A stretch of DNA of 64,000 bases, taken from positions 160,001 to 224,000 of the forward strand of contig CAWIIV010000017.1 in the NCBI GenBank assembly GCA_963836205.1. Reading direction: 5' to 3'. A program made the position numbers and the translations under genes. Shown one piece after another: positions 18,826 to 28,653 of the stretch (positions within the stretch are counted from its first letter, which is position 1; each line of letters starts with the position of its first letter). The notes beneath the pieces are model-generated. The model was not told where the DNA came from. It was given only the letters and a program-made list of their open reading frames with translations, and did not search any database. This DNA is from an uncultured Acidimicrobiia bacterium. Its GTDB lineage: Bacteria > Actinomycetota > Acidimicrobiia > Acidimicrobiales > AC-14.

Positions 18826-21621
18826 CTACGTTGAGCCGGCGCTACCCGAAACGGCGCCCCCCGAGACCGCGACCAGCAGGCAGCGGCAACCGAGGTGGGC
18901 CGGCGGGTGGTCCTGCCCGGTGGGGAAGGGCTCGCCCTTGGGGGTGGGCCCGGCCAGGGTGTTGTCGAAGCAGTCGGGGCACGGGCCCTCGTCGTCGACC
19001 ACCCACCGCAACAGGGTGCCGGCGGCAGTGGCGGCGTAGGCACCGAGGGCGTGGGCGGCGGCGGTGTGATGGCGGACCAGCTGCTCGATCTCCTGCAGCT
19101 TGGTGAGGCGGTAGGCGGCCCGGATGGCCTCGGCCAGCTCCTCCAGGTCGTCGCCGGCGGCGGCCACCACCCGTTGGAGGCGCTCCCGCAGGGGCCCGAC
19201 CAGGTCGTCGGCCAGCTTGCCGCCGAGGGCGGAGCCGGTGGTGTCGTCGGGTTCGGCGCCGCCGGCCTGGTAGGCGGCGGCCAGCACAGGCGCCGCGGCT
19301 GCGGTGAAGGCGCTCGCCTGCTGTTGGAGTTCGCCGATCACCGACGAGGCCCCCGCCTTCCCCCCCTCACGGAGGCGCTCGAGGACCTCGTTCTGGTCGT
19401 CCTGGAGGATGCGCTTGAGGGTGCGGGTGAGGTCGGCGTCGAGGGAGTCGAGTTGCTGGTCGCGCCGGGCGAGGGCGCCCTCCTCGACGACGTCGTCGGA
19501 CGGGGCGGTGGGCCCGGGGGCGGCCTCGGGCTCCGGGACTTGGTGGCGGAGGCGGGCGAAGAGCTCGTCGACCGGCGCCGCGCCGGGCGCCGAGTCGCGG
19601 ACGGCGGGCTGCTCGGAGGTGGCCAGTTCGGGCGGCTGCTCGGGCGCGGCCGCCGGTACCTCCAGGGGCAGGTCGGGCGGGATCGGGCGCAGGCCGGTGG
19701 AGCTCGGGGGCGGGCTGGTGCGTACCGCACCCGGTGCGGCCGACATGGTGGCCGCTCGGCCGCCAGCGGGAACAGGCACCGGCGCCGCGGACCGGCTGTA
19801 CGGAATGCTGTCGGCCACGGTCTGGGGCCGGAGGGTGGGACGGGTCGGCATCGGGCCGGCCGACGCCGAGGGGGTGGAGGGCGGGTTCCCGGCGGGCGCG
19901 GACGAGGGGCCGCCGTTGGGCGGGCGGGGCGAAGGGCCGGCACCGGGCGTGGATGAGGGGGAAGGGCCGCCGTTGCGCGGGCCAGACGAGGAGCCGCGAT
20001 CGGCCGGGTCGGCTGGGGACGCGCCGCCGGGCGTGGATGAGGACGGAGGGCCGCCGCCGGGCTGGCTGGACGAGACGCCACCGGCCGTAGACGACGCCGG
20101 AAGACCGCCACCGGACGGGACGGACGAGCCGCCTCCACCAGGTGGGTTGGACGAGGTGCCGCCGCCGCGAGGGGCGGACGAAGTGCTGCTACCGGGCGTG
20201 GACGACCACGGACGCTCGGGGTCGGCCTGCCCGCCGCTCGCCTCGGTGGCCGGGGAATCGGATGGCGACGGCGGGGTGGGCTCCGGTGGGCGGCCCTTGT
20301 CGCGAGGCAGGCCGAAGCCGGCTCCGGCCCAGGTGCCGGGATCGGCGGGGTCGAAGACGGGCTCGGGGGGGTGTCCCCCACCGACACCGGCGGCAGGGGT
20401 GAGGACGGGAGGAGGTGGCGGGGGAGACGGTGCTCGGCCCGCCCGTTCGATCCACCCGGGAGGGACCGGCGGCCGATCGGGCCGCTCGGAATCCGTCGCA
20501 TCCGGCGCCGACATCGGTGGCGGCGCCGGGTGCGACGGTTGGAGCGAGGGGTTGTAGGCGGGAGGGATCTCGGAGGGCCAGAAGCCGGACGCCGCCGGCC
20601 GGCCGGGCTGCTCGGAGGCGTGATCGGGCGTCTCCGGGCGGCGCATCGGGGCCACCGAACCCGGGCCCGACGACATCGGTGGCGGGGGCATCGGCTCCGA
20701 CCGCATCGACGACGACATCGGTGGCGGGGGCATCGGGGGAAGCGGCGGCATCGAGGGCATCGGCGGCAGCGGGGCGGCCCCGGTGGACGCCATCCGCAGC
20801 GGGGGTTCGGCGATCCGCAGCGGGGGTTCGGCGATCCGCAGCGGGGGGTGGGCGTCGGCGTCGGAGAGGCGTCGGCCGACCGCCTCCGCCGCCAGCCGCG
20901 CCTCGGGCTCGGCCGCGGCCAGCTCGGCGGTGACCTCCTCGAGCGTGCGGCGGACGACGTCGTAGGCCTGGACCAGGCGCTCCCGGGCCACCCGGAGCTG
21001 CTCCAGCTGCACCTCGGCCACCCGGCGGCGGCGGGCCAGGTCGCCCAACATCCGTTCCCGGACGGCCCGGGCCTCGGCCACCATCTCCTTGCCGTGGGAC
21101 CGGGCCGCCTGGATGGCCGCCTCGGCCTCGGCCTGGGCCTGGTCGCGGACCGCTCGGGCGTCGGCCTCGGCCGACTGGCGGAGGCTGGCCGACACGCCGT
21201 CGGCTTCGTCGACCCGGCGGGCCATGAGGGTGTCGGCCTCCTGGCGGATGCGGGCGATGCGGTACTCGGCGTCGCGCAGGGTGGCGGCCGCGGTGCGCTC
21301 GGCCTCGGCGGTGATGGCCGCGGCCGTCTCCCGGGCGCTGGCGATCAGTCGGCCCGCGTGCTCGCCCAGGCTGCTGGTGAGGGCCGCCTCGTCGAGCTCG
21401 GGATGGGCGGCCCGGTTCTGGGCGTCGTGCAGGGCCCGCCGCAGCTCCGCCTCCCGGGCCGCGGCCGCGCCCACCTCGTCGGCCACCCGCTTGAGGAACT
21501 GGCGGACCTCGGCCGGCTGGTAGCCGCGCAGCACGGTGGTGAAGCCCTTGCCGGCGACCGCCTCCGCGGAGATCGCCGCGCTGGAGGAGATGACGATCCT
21601 CTCGTCCCTCTCTTCGTCCAT
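18826..21621 (-). CDS. DivIVA-domain coiled-coil protein with long Pro-rich linker and C-terminal MuF-like Cys/His domain
   Basis: N-terminal FTTVLRGYQPAEVRQFL DivIVA motif; C-terminal RWVVDDEGPCPDC..N...GEPFPTGQDHPPAHLGCRCLL. Confidence 0.8.
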   Translation of the reverse strand: MDEERDERIVISSSAAISAEAVAGKGFTTVLRGYQPAEVRQFLKRVADEVGAAAAREAELRRALHDAQNRAAHPELDEAALTSSLGEHAGRLIASARETAAAITAEAERTAAATLRDAEYRIARIRQEADTLMARRVDEADGVSASLRQSAEADARAVRDQAQAEAEAAIQAARSHGKEMVAEARAVRERMLGDLARRRRVAEVQLEQLRVARERLVQAYDVVRRTLEEVTAELAAAEPEARLAAEAVGRRLSDADAHPPLRIAEPPLRIAEPPLRMASTGAAPLPPMPSMPPLPPMPPPPMSSSMRSEPMPPPPMSSGPGSVAPMRRPETPDHASEQPGRPAASGFWPSEIPPAYNPSLQPSHPAPPPMSAPDATDSERPDRPPVPPGWIERAGRAPSPPPPPPVLTPAAGVGGGHPPEPVFDPADPGTWAGAGFGLPRDKGRPPEPTPPSPSDSPATEASGGQADPERPWSSTPGSSTSSAPRGGGTSSNPPGGGGSSVPSGGGLPASSTAGGVSSSQPGGGPPSSSTPGGASPADPADRGSSSGPRNGGPSPSSTPGAGPSPRPPNGGPSSAPAGNPPSTPSASAGPMPTRPTLRPQTVADSIPYSRSAAPVPVPAGGRAATMSAAPGAVRTSPPPSSTGLRPIPPDLPLEVPAAAPEQPPELATSEQPAVRDSAPGAAPVDELFARLRHQVPEPEAAPGPTAPSDDVVEEGALARRDQQLDSLDADLTRTLKRILQDDQNEVLERLREGGKAGASSVIGELQQQASAFTAAAAPVLAAAYQAGGAEPDDTTGSALGGKLADDLVGPLRERLQRVVAAAGDDLEELAEAIRAAYRLTKLQEIEQLVRHHTAAAHALGAYAATAAGTLLRWVVDDEGPCPDCFDNTLAGPTPKGEPFPTGQDHPPAHLGCRCLLVAVSGGAVSGSAGST

Positions 21622-21690
21622 CGCCGCAAAAGCCTACGCCTTCCCCGTCCGAAAATCGGGGATCGGCGCCCGGCCCGGCTCAGGTCGAGG

Positions 21691-22926
21691 TCACCCCCCG
21701 CCCAGGCCCCGCAACAAGCCGTTCAGCGCCTGCACCAGGGCATTGATCGTCTGGTCGATGAGGGGGATGCCGGTGTTGACGGGACCGATGTCGGGATTGT
21801 CGGGCGCGGGCTGGGGGACCGTCGTGGGCACGGCGCGCGCCGGTGGCGACCCCGGCACGGTGGGAGCGGTGGAGCCCCCCGACGGCGGCACCGACGAGCC
21901 ACCCCCGCCCGGGCTGGTGGTGCCACCATTGGGCGAGCCGCCCCCGCCCGGGAGCGGGATCGTCTCGAACGACCGCGGCCCGCGGCCGATAGCCTGGTCG
22001 ACGGCCGCCAGCAGGGAGGTCCGGGTCACCCCCTGGTCGAGGGCGACCAGGCCCCACTGGGCACCCTCGTCGCGGAAGGTGAAGATGGCCGCCCAGCGGG
22101 CGTCGAAGGAGCCCCGGGTGCCCTCCAGGGCTATGGCGGCACCGACCAGGGACTCGCCCGGCGAGCGAAGGGCGTCGAACAGCGAAAGCCCGAACGAGGG
22201 CTGGTCGGCGAGCCCGGGCAGGAGCCCGACCAGGAACTCGACCGTGCGACCGTCGGTGGAGCCGAGCTGGGCGGTGAAGCCCTTGCTCCGCGCCTCCAGG
22301 TCGTTGCCCGTCTCGATGGCGTCGCCCAGCAGGCGGCGGTCCCACGAGTCGTCGGCGTTGTACGACAGCGGCACCGGGCGGTCGGGCACCTGGCCGTCGG
22401 CGGCGATCGAGAGCTCGCGCAACGCGGGGAGAGTCGTCGACCGGTCGCCGGAGCGAAGCTCGACCTCGCCCTCGTACGACGACACCACCAGCACCGGCCC
22501 CCGGGAGACCTGGGCGGCGGCGCTCACGATCACGTCGGGACCCTCGGTGGACACCGTCAGGCGGGCGTCCGCAGGCGCGTGCACCAGCAGGTCGTTCTCC
22601 AGGAGGCGGGGCTGGGGGACCGACCCGTCCCCGTCGACCTCCGCCTTCTCCAGCACGACGTTGGTGCCGGTGCGCAGCTCGAGCTCCCGGCCCCGGTCGA
22701 GGCGGATGACGGCCGTGCCCTCGAGCACCTTGACCCGGTCCCCGAACTTGACCGTCCGGCTGCCGCGCTCCTCCTGGGCTTCCCCGCCCGCCGAGGCCAC
22801 CTCGGCCCGGCCGGTGACGGTGAGCCGGCCGGCGTCGTCGTCGCCACCCCCGGAGCAGGCCGCACCCACGACCAGCAGGACCAGGGCGGCGAGGCCGAGC
22901 CGCGCCTTCTTCGGCAGGCGGTTCAC
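21691..22926 (-). CDS. Putative lipoprotein with FecR-like beta domain
   Basis: GTG start overlapping the kinase stop (GTGA); lipobox-like VGAAC; VKFGDRVKVLEGTAVIRL and VSSYEGEVEL FecR-like segments. Confidence 0.6.
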   Translation of the reverse strand: MNRLPKKARLGLAALVLLVVGAACSGGGDDDAGRLTVTGRAEVASAGGEAQEERGSRTVKFGDRVKVLEGTAVIRLDRGRELELRTGTNVVLEKAEVDGDGSVPQPRLLENDLLVHAPADARLTVSTEGPDVIVSAAAQVSRGPVLVVSSYEGEVELRSGDRSTTLPALRELSIAADGQVPDRPVPLSYNADDSWDRRLLGDAIETGNDLEARSKGFTAQLGSTDGRTVEFLVGLLPGLADQPSFGLSLFDALRSPGESLVGAAIALEGTRGSFDARWAAIFTFRDEGAQWGLVALDQGVTRTSLLAAVDQAIGRGPRSFETIPLPGGGGSPNGGTTSPGGGGSSVPPSGGSTAPTVPGSPPARAVPTTVPQPAPDNPDIGPVNTGIPLIDQTINALVQALNGLLRGLGGG

Positions 22927-25574
22927 GTACGGGTCCGGCGGCGGGCACGGGCGGGCGCGAGCGGGAGCACCATGGAGAACCTCGACCCCTTTCCGGGCAC
23001 TGTCTTGCAGGTCAGCTCGCCCTGGTGGGCCTCGACGATGCGCCGGACGAGGGCCAGGCCGAGGCCGAGCCCGCCGAACATGCGCGTCGGCGAGCTGTCG
23101 CCCTGGGCGAAGTCCTCGAAGATCCCCTCCATACGGTCGGCGGGGATGCCGATTCCGTGGTCGCGCACCGAGATGTCGACCGACCGACCGCCGTCGCCGT
23201 TGTCGTCGGACACGCGGGCGGTGACGTTGACCGGCCCCCCGTCGGGCGAGAACTTCACCGCGTTGTCGACCAGCTCGTCGAGGCAGCGCTCGAGCAGGGC
23301 GCGGTCGCCGACCAGGTCGGGGATGCTGCGGCCGACGCGGGTGGTGATGGGGTGACGGTCGTCGACCCGGGTCCGCCACCGACTCACGACCGACTCGAGC
23401 ATCGGTCCTACCTGTACACGGTCGCGGCGCATAGCGCTGGGCGCGGCCTCCTGGGCGGCCACGTCGAGGAGGCGCTGCACGACGGCCTCCAACCGGTCGG
23501 CGGCCTCCACGATCTCCTCCAGCGACTCCCGGGCCGTGTCGGGCGGGACGTCGCGCCGCAGGAGGAGCTCGGCGTAGCCCTTGATGGGGACGAGGGGGGT
23601 GCGCAGCTCGTGGCTGATGTTGGACAGCAGCTCGCTCTTGGCCCGCTCCGCCTCCCGCTCCCGGCGCATGTCGCGGAGCACGTAGACGCCGCCGACGATC
23701 TGGTCGCCCGATCCCCGCAGCCCGCCGGCGGACAGGGCCACCGGCACCAGCAGGCCGTCCTGGCGGACGACGATGGCGCTCTCGCTCCACCCCGACTCCG
23801 GGGGGGTGGCCAGCCTGGCCGTCAGGGGCGTGCCGTTCTCGGCGGTGATGGTGGCCACGTCGCCCACCTTGCCCCCCAACGCCGTGCGGGCAGGGACGCC
23901 GAAAAGCTCCTCGGCGGCGCCGTTGAAGGTGGCGATGCGACCGTCGCCGTCGACCGCCAGCAGGGCCTCGCCCATGCCCGCCACCACTGCCTCCAGCCGG
24001 TTGCGGACCTGGGCCTCCTCGTCCGCGCTCTGGCGCAGCTCCCGAGCCAGGGTCTCGATGGAACCGGCCATGGAGTCGAACGTCTGGCCCAGGATGCCGA
24101 CCTCGTCCCGGCTCGACATCGCCGCCCGCACCGACAGGTCGCCGGCCTCGATCTCCTTGGCCGCCTTGGTGAGGCGGCGGATGCCGGTGCCGATGCGCTC
24201 CCCCACGATGACGGCGATGACGAAGGCGGTGAGGGCGGCGGCCAGCGCCACCAGGAAGAGGGTCTTGAACAGGTCGGTGCGGGTCGTGTCGACGACATCG
24301 GTGGGGACCGACGCGATGATCGCCACCCGCTTGGGCGCGGTCGGCGAGGCGTCGGCGGGAACGGCCCTCGCCACCAGGAAGGATCCGCTGCTCTTGGCCG
24401 AGACGCTCTCCGGGCCGCCTTCGGCCAGTGCCCCGTCGGCCAGGCTGAACACCACCTCCTGGGGGGGCTGGATGGTGCCGGACAACCCCAGTTGGTGCTC
24501 GCGGTCGGCCAGGATCAGGGTGACGTCCTTCGTGAAGCTGCGGTCGTTGAGGTACTCGGAGTCGAGCTCCTCCATGGCGACGACCACGCCGGCCACGAGC
24601 TGTCTCCCGTCGGGCAGCTTCACCGTCACCCCGTACACACCCATCGCCAGGGCCCGGCCGGGGAAGGCGATCACCGAGCTGGCCACCGGCTCACCGGCGC
24701 CGGACCAGTCGATCACCTTGGTCACCGCGTCCGACCCGACCACCGCCGCCGCCTCGGCCCCGTTGAGCCGGGGGCCGGTTGTGACGATCACCCGCCGGCC
24801 GGCGGTGGCGAACAGGAGGGGGCCCGAGGTCGGCAGCAGCGGGGTGATCGTGCCCAGGTTGGTTCCGATGGCGTCCGCGCCGGGTGACTGCTCGCCATCG
24901 AGGGACAGGGCGAGGACCTGGTTGCTGTTGCTTCCCTGGATCGTGAGGGCGGAGATCTTGGCGCTGGTCTCGGCGTCCTTGAGCCCCGACACCGTGATCT
25001 CCTGGGCCTGGGCCTGGGCCCGGACGTCGATGCTCTTGAACGCCTCCGCCTCCACCGTGCGGGCGATCACCACCGACAGGGCGACCGACACCGCCAGCAC
25101 GACCACCAGGAGGATTGCGCCCACGCTGACGGTGATCCGGGCGCTGATCGAGCGCCGGGCCGACATGAGCAGCACCAGGCCGGCGAAGAGGGCGCCGCTG
25201 CCGCGCACCCAGTCGGAGGTGGTGGGCTCGCCCAGCAGGGTGAGGCACTCGGCCATCGCCATGAACACGAGCGCCAGCCACAGCAGCCGGCGGGGGCCCC
25301 GGTCGGTGCCCCATCCCAGGGTGCCGAGGGCCAGCAGTCCGATGCCCACGCACCGGAAGACGACGACCGGCGTCTCCCGGGCATCGGTGAGGAGGGACCC
25401 GTGGAGGAAGGCGGCCGCAGCCACGCAGATGAAGCCGGGGACGAGGACGCTGCGCGACCGGCGACCGGCCCCCACCAGGTCGGGCCGGGTCATGACGATG
25501 GCCGCGCCGGCCACCATCACGAGGAAGGAGGCGAACTCGACCGCGAACCGGAGCTGGGCGGCGGCAGTGGACAT
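22923..25574 (-). CDS. Membrane sensor histidine kinase (multi-TM, HAMP, PAS, HisKA, HATPase)
   Basis: DEVGILGQTFDSM HAMP, NISHELRTPL H-box, NAVKFS, DHGIGI, GLGLGL. Confidence 0.92.
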   Translation of the reverse strand: MSTAAAQLRFAVEFASFLVMVAGAAIVMTRPDLVGAGRRSRSVLVPGFICVAAAAFLHGSLLTDARETPVVVFRCVGIGLLALGTLGWGTDRGPRRLLWLALVFMAMAECLTLLGEPTTSDWVRGSGALFAGLVLLMSARRSISARITVSVGAILLVVVLAVSVALSVVIARTVEAEAFKSIDVRAQAQAQEITVSGLKDAETSAKISALTIQGSNSNQVLALSLDGEQSPGADAIGTNLGTITPLLPTSGPLLFATAGRRVIVTTGPRLNGAEAAAVVGSDAVTKVIDWSGAGEPVASSVIAFPGRALAMGVYGVTVKLPDGRQLVAGVVVAMEELDSEYLNDRSFTKDVTLILADREHQLGLSGTIQPPQEVVFSLADGALAEGGPESVSAKSSGSFLVARAVPADASPTAPKRVAIIASVPTDVVDTTRTDLFKTLFLVALAAALTAFVIAVIVGERIGTGIRRLTKAAKEIEAGDLSVRAAMSSRDEVGILGQTFDSMAGSIETLARELRQSADEEAQVRNRLEAVVAGMGEALLAVDGDGRIATFNGAAEELFGVPARTALGGKVGDVATITAENGTPLTARLATPPESGWSESAIVVRQDGLLVPVALSAGGLRGSGDQIVGGVYVLRDMRREREAERAKSELLSNISHELRTPLVPIKGYAELLLRRDVPPDTARESLEEIVEAADRLEAVVQRLLDVAAQEAAPSAMRRDRVQVGPMLESVVSRWRTRVDDRHPITTRVGRSIPDLVGDRALLERCLDELVDNAVKFSPDGGPVNVTARVSDDNGDGGRSVDISVRDHGIGIPADRMEGIFEDFAQGDSSPTRMFGGLGLGLALVRRIVEAHQGELTCKTVPGKGSRFSMVLPLAPARARRRTRT

Positions 25575-25828
25575 CTAGCGGGAGTGGAGCAGGCCCCCCT
25601 CCCGGCCCCCCCTCGCGGCGGCCGGCCGGCGGCCGGCGGCGGACTCGGCGGGAGGCAGGGACGACCCGGTGATCGACGCCGGCGCCGGTGCCCGCCCACC
25701 GTCGGACGTCCCACCCGGGCAGGGGCGCCCGGCACGCTCGAACGGGGCCTGAGGCCGGCACTTCATCGCTCTCATCGTACCGCCCGACCGTCACCGTCGG
25801 TGGTGCCGGTCCTACGGTCCGCCGTGAT

Positions 25829-26887
25829 TCAGGTCCCCCGGGCCGGGCCGCCCTCGGGGGGGCCGAGGGCAAGGGCGTTGCTCCCCTCGAGGCTTCCCAG
25901 GACCCGTAGGGCGTCGTCGAAGGAGTCGACGGGCAGGACCTGGAGGTCGCCGGCCCGGGAGCGGGCCTCGTCCAGGTTGGCCGACGGCACCAGGAACACG
26001 TCGGCCCCGGCCCGGCGCACAGTGATGGCCTTCTGGGCCACCCCGCCGATGGGACCGACGGTGCCGTCGGTGCGGAGGTCGCCGGTGGCCGCCACCACCA
26101 TGCCCCCGGTGAGCTCGCCCGGGGTGAGGACGTCGAGCAGTTCGAGGGCGTAGGCCAGGCCGGCCGAGGGTCCCACCACCTTGCCCGAGTCGATCGTGAT
26201 CTCGAAGGGCAGCTTGACCCGGGTGGTGAGGCGGACGCCGAGCAGGGGCCCCCCGTCGTCGCTCCGCCCGAGGGGAGCGTCGATCTCGACCGGCCGACCG
26301 TCGCGCTCGACCCGAAGGTGCACGACGTCGCCCGCCTGGCGGGCCTGGATGCCGGTGACCACGTCGACGGTGTCGGTGACCGGGAGGTCGTCGATGGCCA
26401 CGATGACGTCGAGCGCCCGCAGCAGGGACGACGCCGGCAGCGAGGGGGCGACGTCGACGATCTCGGCCCCGTCGCCCAGGTCGTCGAAGCCGAGGTGGCG
26501 CAGGGCCAGGACCTGGGCCGTGGTCTTGGAGTCGGCCATGGCCTCGATGTTCATCTGCTTGAAGTCGTCGGGGGAGGTGTCGCCCCGGAGATCCTCCTCG
26601 GGGAAGACGTCGGTGTCGGCATCGAGCCACCCGGCCAGGGCCTCGTAGGGATTCACCCTCTCCCGGACGGAGACGGTGGTGTAAAGAAGCTGGCCCCGGG
26701 GAGGGTAGGAGGGATGTCCCGTCACCGTCACCACCCCGTTGACGGCCCGGGCCGATCCCGGCCCGATGCTGTCGTACGGCAGGCTCACGAAGCGGGCCCC
26801 GATTGCCACCATCGAGATCACCAGGCTCACGCCGACCAGCACCACCATCCACGGTCGGATCGGCCTGTGCCCCGGCGGGGCGGGCAT
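25829..26887 (-). CDS. PDZ-domain Lon-like (S16, YlbL-type) protease
   Basis: GPSAGLAYALE, ATGDL..DGTVGPIGGVAQK; PDZ segment; N-terminal TM. Confidence 0.88.
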   Translation of the reverse strand: MPAPPGHRPIRPWMVVLVGVSLVISMVAIGARFVSLPYDSIGPGSARAVNGVVTVTGHPSYPPRGQLLYTTVSVRERVNPYEALAGWLDADTDVFPEEDLRGDTSPDDFKQMNIEAMADSKTTAQVLALRHLGFDDLGDGAEIVDVAPSLPASSLLRALDVIVAIDDLPVTDTVDVVTGIQARQAGDVVHLRVERDGRPVEIDAPLGRSDDGGPLLGVRLTTRVKLPFEITIDSGKVVGPSAGLAYALELLDVLTPGELTGGMVVAATGDLRTDGTVGPIGGVAQKAITVRRAGADVFLVPSANLDEARSRAGDLQVLPVDSFDDALRVLGSLEGSNALALGPPEGGPARGT

Positions 26888-26930
26888 CGACCAGTCGGTG
26901 CGATACCCCTTTGACGAGATCGGATCAGAC

Positions 26931-27299
26931 GTGTCGACGCTCCTTGGCCCTGCCGTGGTGCTGGTCGCGATCATCGCAACCATCCGGATTGCCCTGAGCC
27001 AGTCCGACCAGCCCGACCAGACTGCCACGACGAAAACCCAATCCGACCGCACCCCGAGCCCCGAGGGTGCCAGGCCGGCCCGGGCGCCCGATCACGCCCG
27101 CCGGCGCGCCCCCTCACCCGTGCCGATGACCCCTGCCCTGCCGGCCGGCTTCCAATGGGTCGAGGCCGGGCCCGTGCCCCGGTTCCGGGCCGGATTCGCC
27201 TTGGTGGTGGTGCTGGCGGTGGTGGGCGCCCTGCTGGCGGTGGCCGTCGCCGCCGTCGTGGTCGCGGCGTCGGTCGCGGTGCGAGGCTCGCTGGGTTAG
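26931..27299 (+). CDS. Small membrane protein
   Basis: Two hydrophobic segments; fills the gap between YlbL and sortase. Confidence 0.5.
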   Translation: MSTLLGPAVVLVAIIATIRIALSQSDQPDQTATTKTQSDRTPSPEGARPARAPDHARRRAPSPVPMTPALPAGFQWVEAGPVPRFRAGFALVVVLAVVGALLAVAVAAVVVAASVAVRGSLG

Positions 27300-27308
27300 C
27301 GGCAGCCC

Positions 27309-27968
27309 CTATGTGGCCAGGGCCAGTTTCACCACGAAGCGGTAGGCGGCGGAGCCGGGGGGGTGGCAGGCGTAGAGGGTGCCGGTCGGCTCCGGGGTCT
27401 GGTCGGCGATCCACGTGTCGGAGGGCGTGACCACCAGGTTCCCCGTGACGCGGTAGACGGAGCGGGTCTCGCCCACGGTGAAGATCACCTCGTCGCCCTC
27501 GACCAGGGCGTCGAGGTCGCGGAAGGGGCGGGAGTTGGTGATGCGGTGGCCGGCGAAGACGGTGTTGCCAGGCTGCCCGGGCTCGGCCGTGCCCGTCCAG
27601 TGGCTGGGGCCGAGGTCGATGTTGTGGAGGGTGACGCCGTCGTAGATGGTGCTGGTCATCCCCAGGGCGGGGATCTCCATGGTGCCGATCTCGCGCACCG
27701 GCTCGGGGGCGTAGGAGTCTTCGGGGATGATGACCGGCCGGGGGAGATCGGGAAGGGTGGTGGTGGGGATGGGCGGGGCGGCCGTCGTCGTCGGAGGCGC
27801 GAGAATCGGGTCGTCCAGCCCCCGGCCCATGGTGGACGGAGGGACGTCGTAGCGGTCGCTGCCGTAGCCCCGGGAGCAGGCTGCGCCCGCGGCCAGCAGG
27901 GTCGTCGCCGACAGCAGCGACACGAGGGAGACGAGGGCCCGATGGCGAGAGGTTCCGGACGGCCCCAT
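27309..27968 (-). CDS. Sortase (class E/D-like)
   Basis: GPSHWTGTAEPGQPGNTVFAGHR, TLYACHPP..R catalytic motifs. Confidence 0.88.
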   Translation of the reverse strand: MGPSGTSRHRALVSLVSLLSATTLLAAGAACSRGYGSDRYDVPPSTMGRGLDDPILAPPTTTAAPPIPTTTLPDLPRPVIIPEDSYAPEPVREIGTMEIPALGMTSTIYDGVTLHNIDLGPSHWTGTAEPGQPGNTVFAGHRITNSRPFRDLDALVEGDEVIFTVGETRSVYRVTGNLVVTPSDTWIADQTPEPTGTLYACHPPGSAAYRFVVKLALAT

Positions 27969-28634
27969 CCCCCCGAGGATCGCACACCGACCCCGGACGG
28001 CGGGCGTCGGGGGCGCGGCGGCGGGGGCGCCCGGCGGGCGGCGGCCATCGCCGGTCACACCGGGGACGAGGCCACCGCCCGGGCTCTGCTGGCGGGTACC
28101 GACGACGACGGCGGCGGCGACGACGACGACGACGGGTCGCCCGCCGTGCGGGCCACGGCCCTGGCTGCCCTCGCCCGGATGGGGGCGGCCACCGACGCCG
28201 ACGTGGCCGCCGCCCTCGCCGACGGCGTGGCCGAGGTCCGCCGGCGGGCGTGCGAGGTGGCCGTCGCCCACCCCGCGGTCGACCTCCGACCCCTCCTGGC
28301 CGACGTCGACCCCATGGTCGTGGAGGCGGCGGCGTGGGCGCTCGGGGAACGGGGCGCCGACGCCGCCGGTGCGGTGGACACCCTCGTCGGGGTGGCGGGA
28401 GGTCACGCCGACGCCCTCTGCCGGGAGGCGGCGGTGGCTGCCCTGGGCGCCATCGGCGACGAGCGGGGCCTGCCCGCCATCTTGGCGGCCACGTCCGACA
28501 AGCCCGCGGTGCGGCGGCGGGCGGTCATCGCGCTGGCCCCCTTCGACGGCCCCGAGGTCGACGCCGCCCTCCTCCGAGCCCGTGACGACCGCGACTGGCA
28601 GGTCCGCCAGGCCGCCGAGGACCTTTCGGACTGA
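27942..28634 (+). CDS. HEAT-repeat protein (start uncertain)
   Basis: Repeated VRATALAAL / VVEAAAWALGE / REAAVAALGAIGD / DWQVRQAA. Confidence 0.75.
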   Translation: MARGSGRPHPPEDRTPTPDGGRRGRGGGGARRAAAIAGHTGDEATARALLAGTDDDGGGDDDDDGSPAVRATALAALARMGAATDADVAAALADGVAEVRRRACEVAVAHPAVDLRPLLADVDPMVVEAAAWALGERGADAAGAVDTLVGVAGGHADALCREAAVAALGAIGDERGLPAILAATSDKPAVRRRAVIALAPFDGPEVDAALLRARDDRDWQVRQAAEDLSD

Positions 28635-28653
28635 ACCACTCCGGAGTGGCGGG

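Noticed and set aside
20792-20847. 21-bp tandem repeat (PPLRIAE) in the DivIVA gene; 15-bp repeat at the moaE 3' end (about 30402-30436)
   Set aside because: In-frame slippage repeats in disordered coding regions with no spacers.
25575-25775. 66-aa ORF ending immediately before the kinase ATG
   Set aside because: Composition looks like a GC-rich shadow ORF; a leader peptide cannot be supported from sequence alone.
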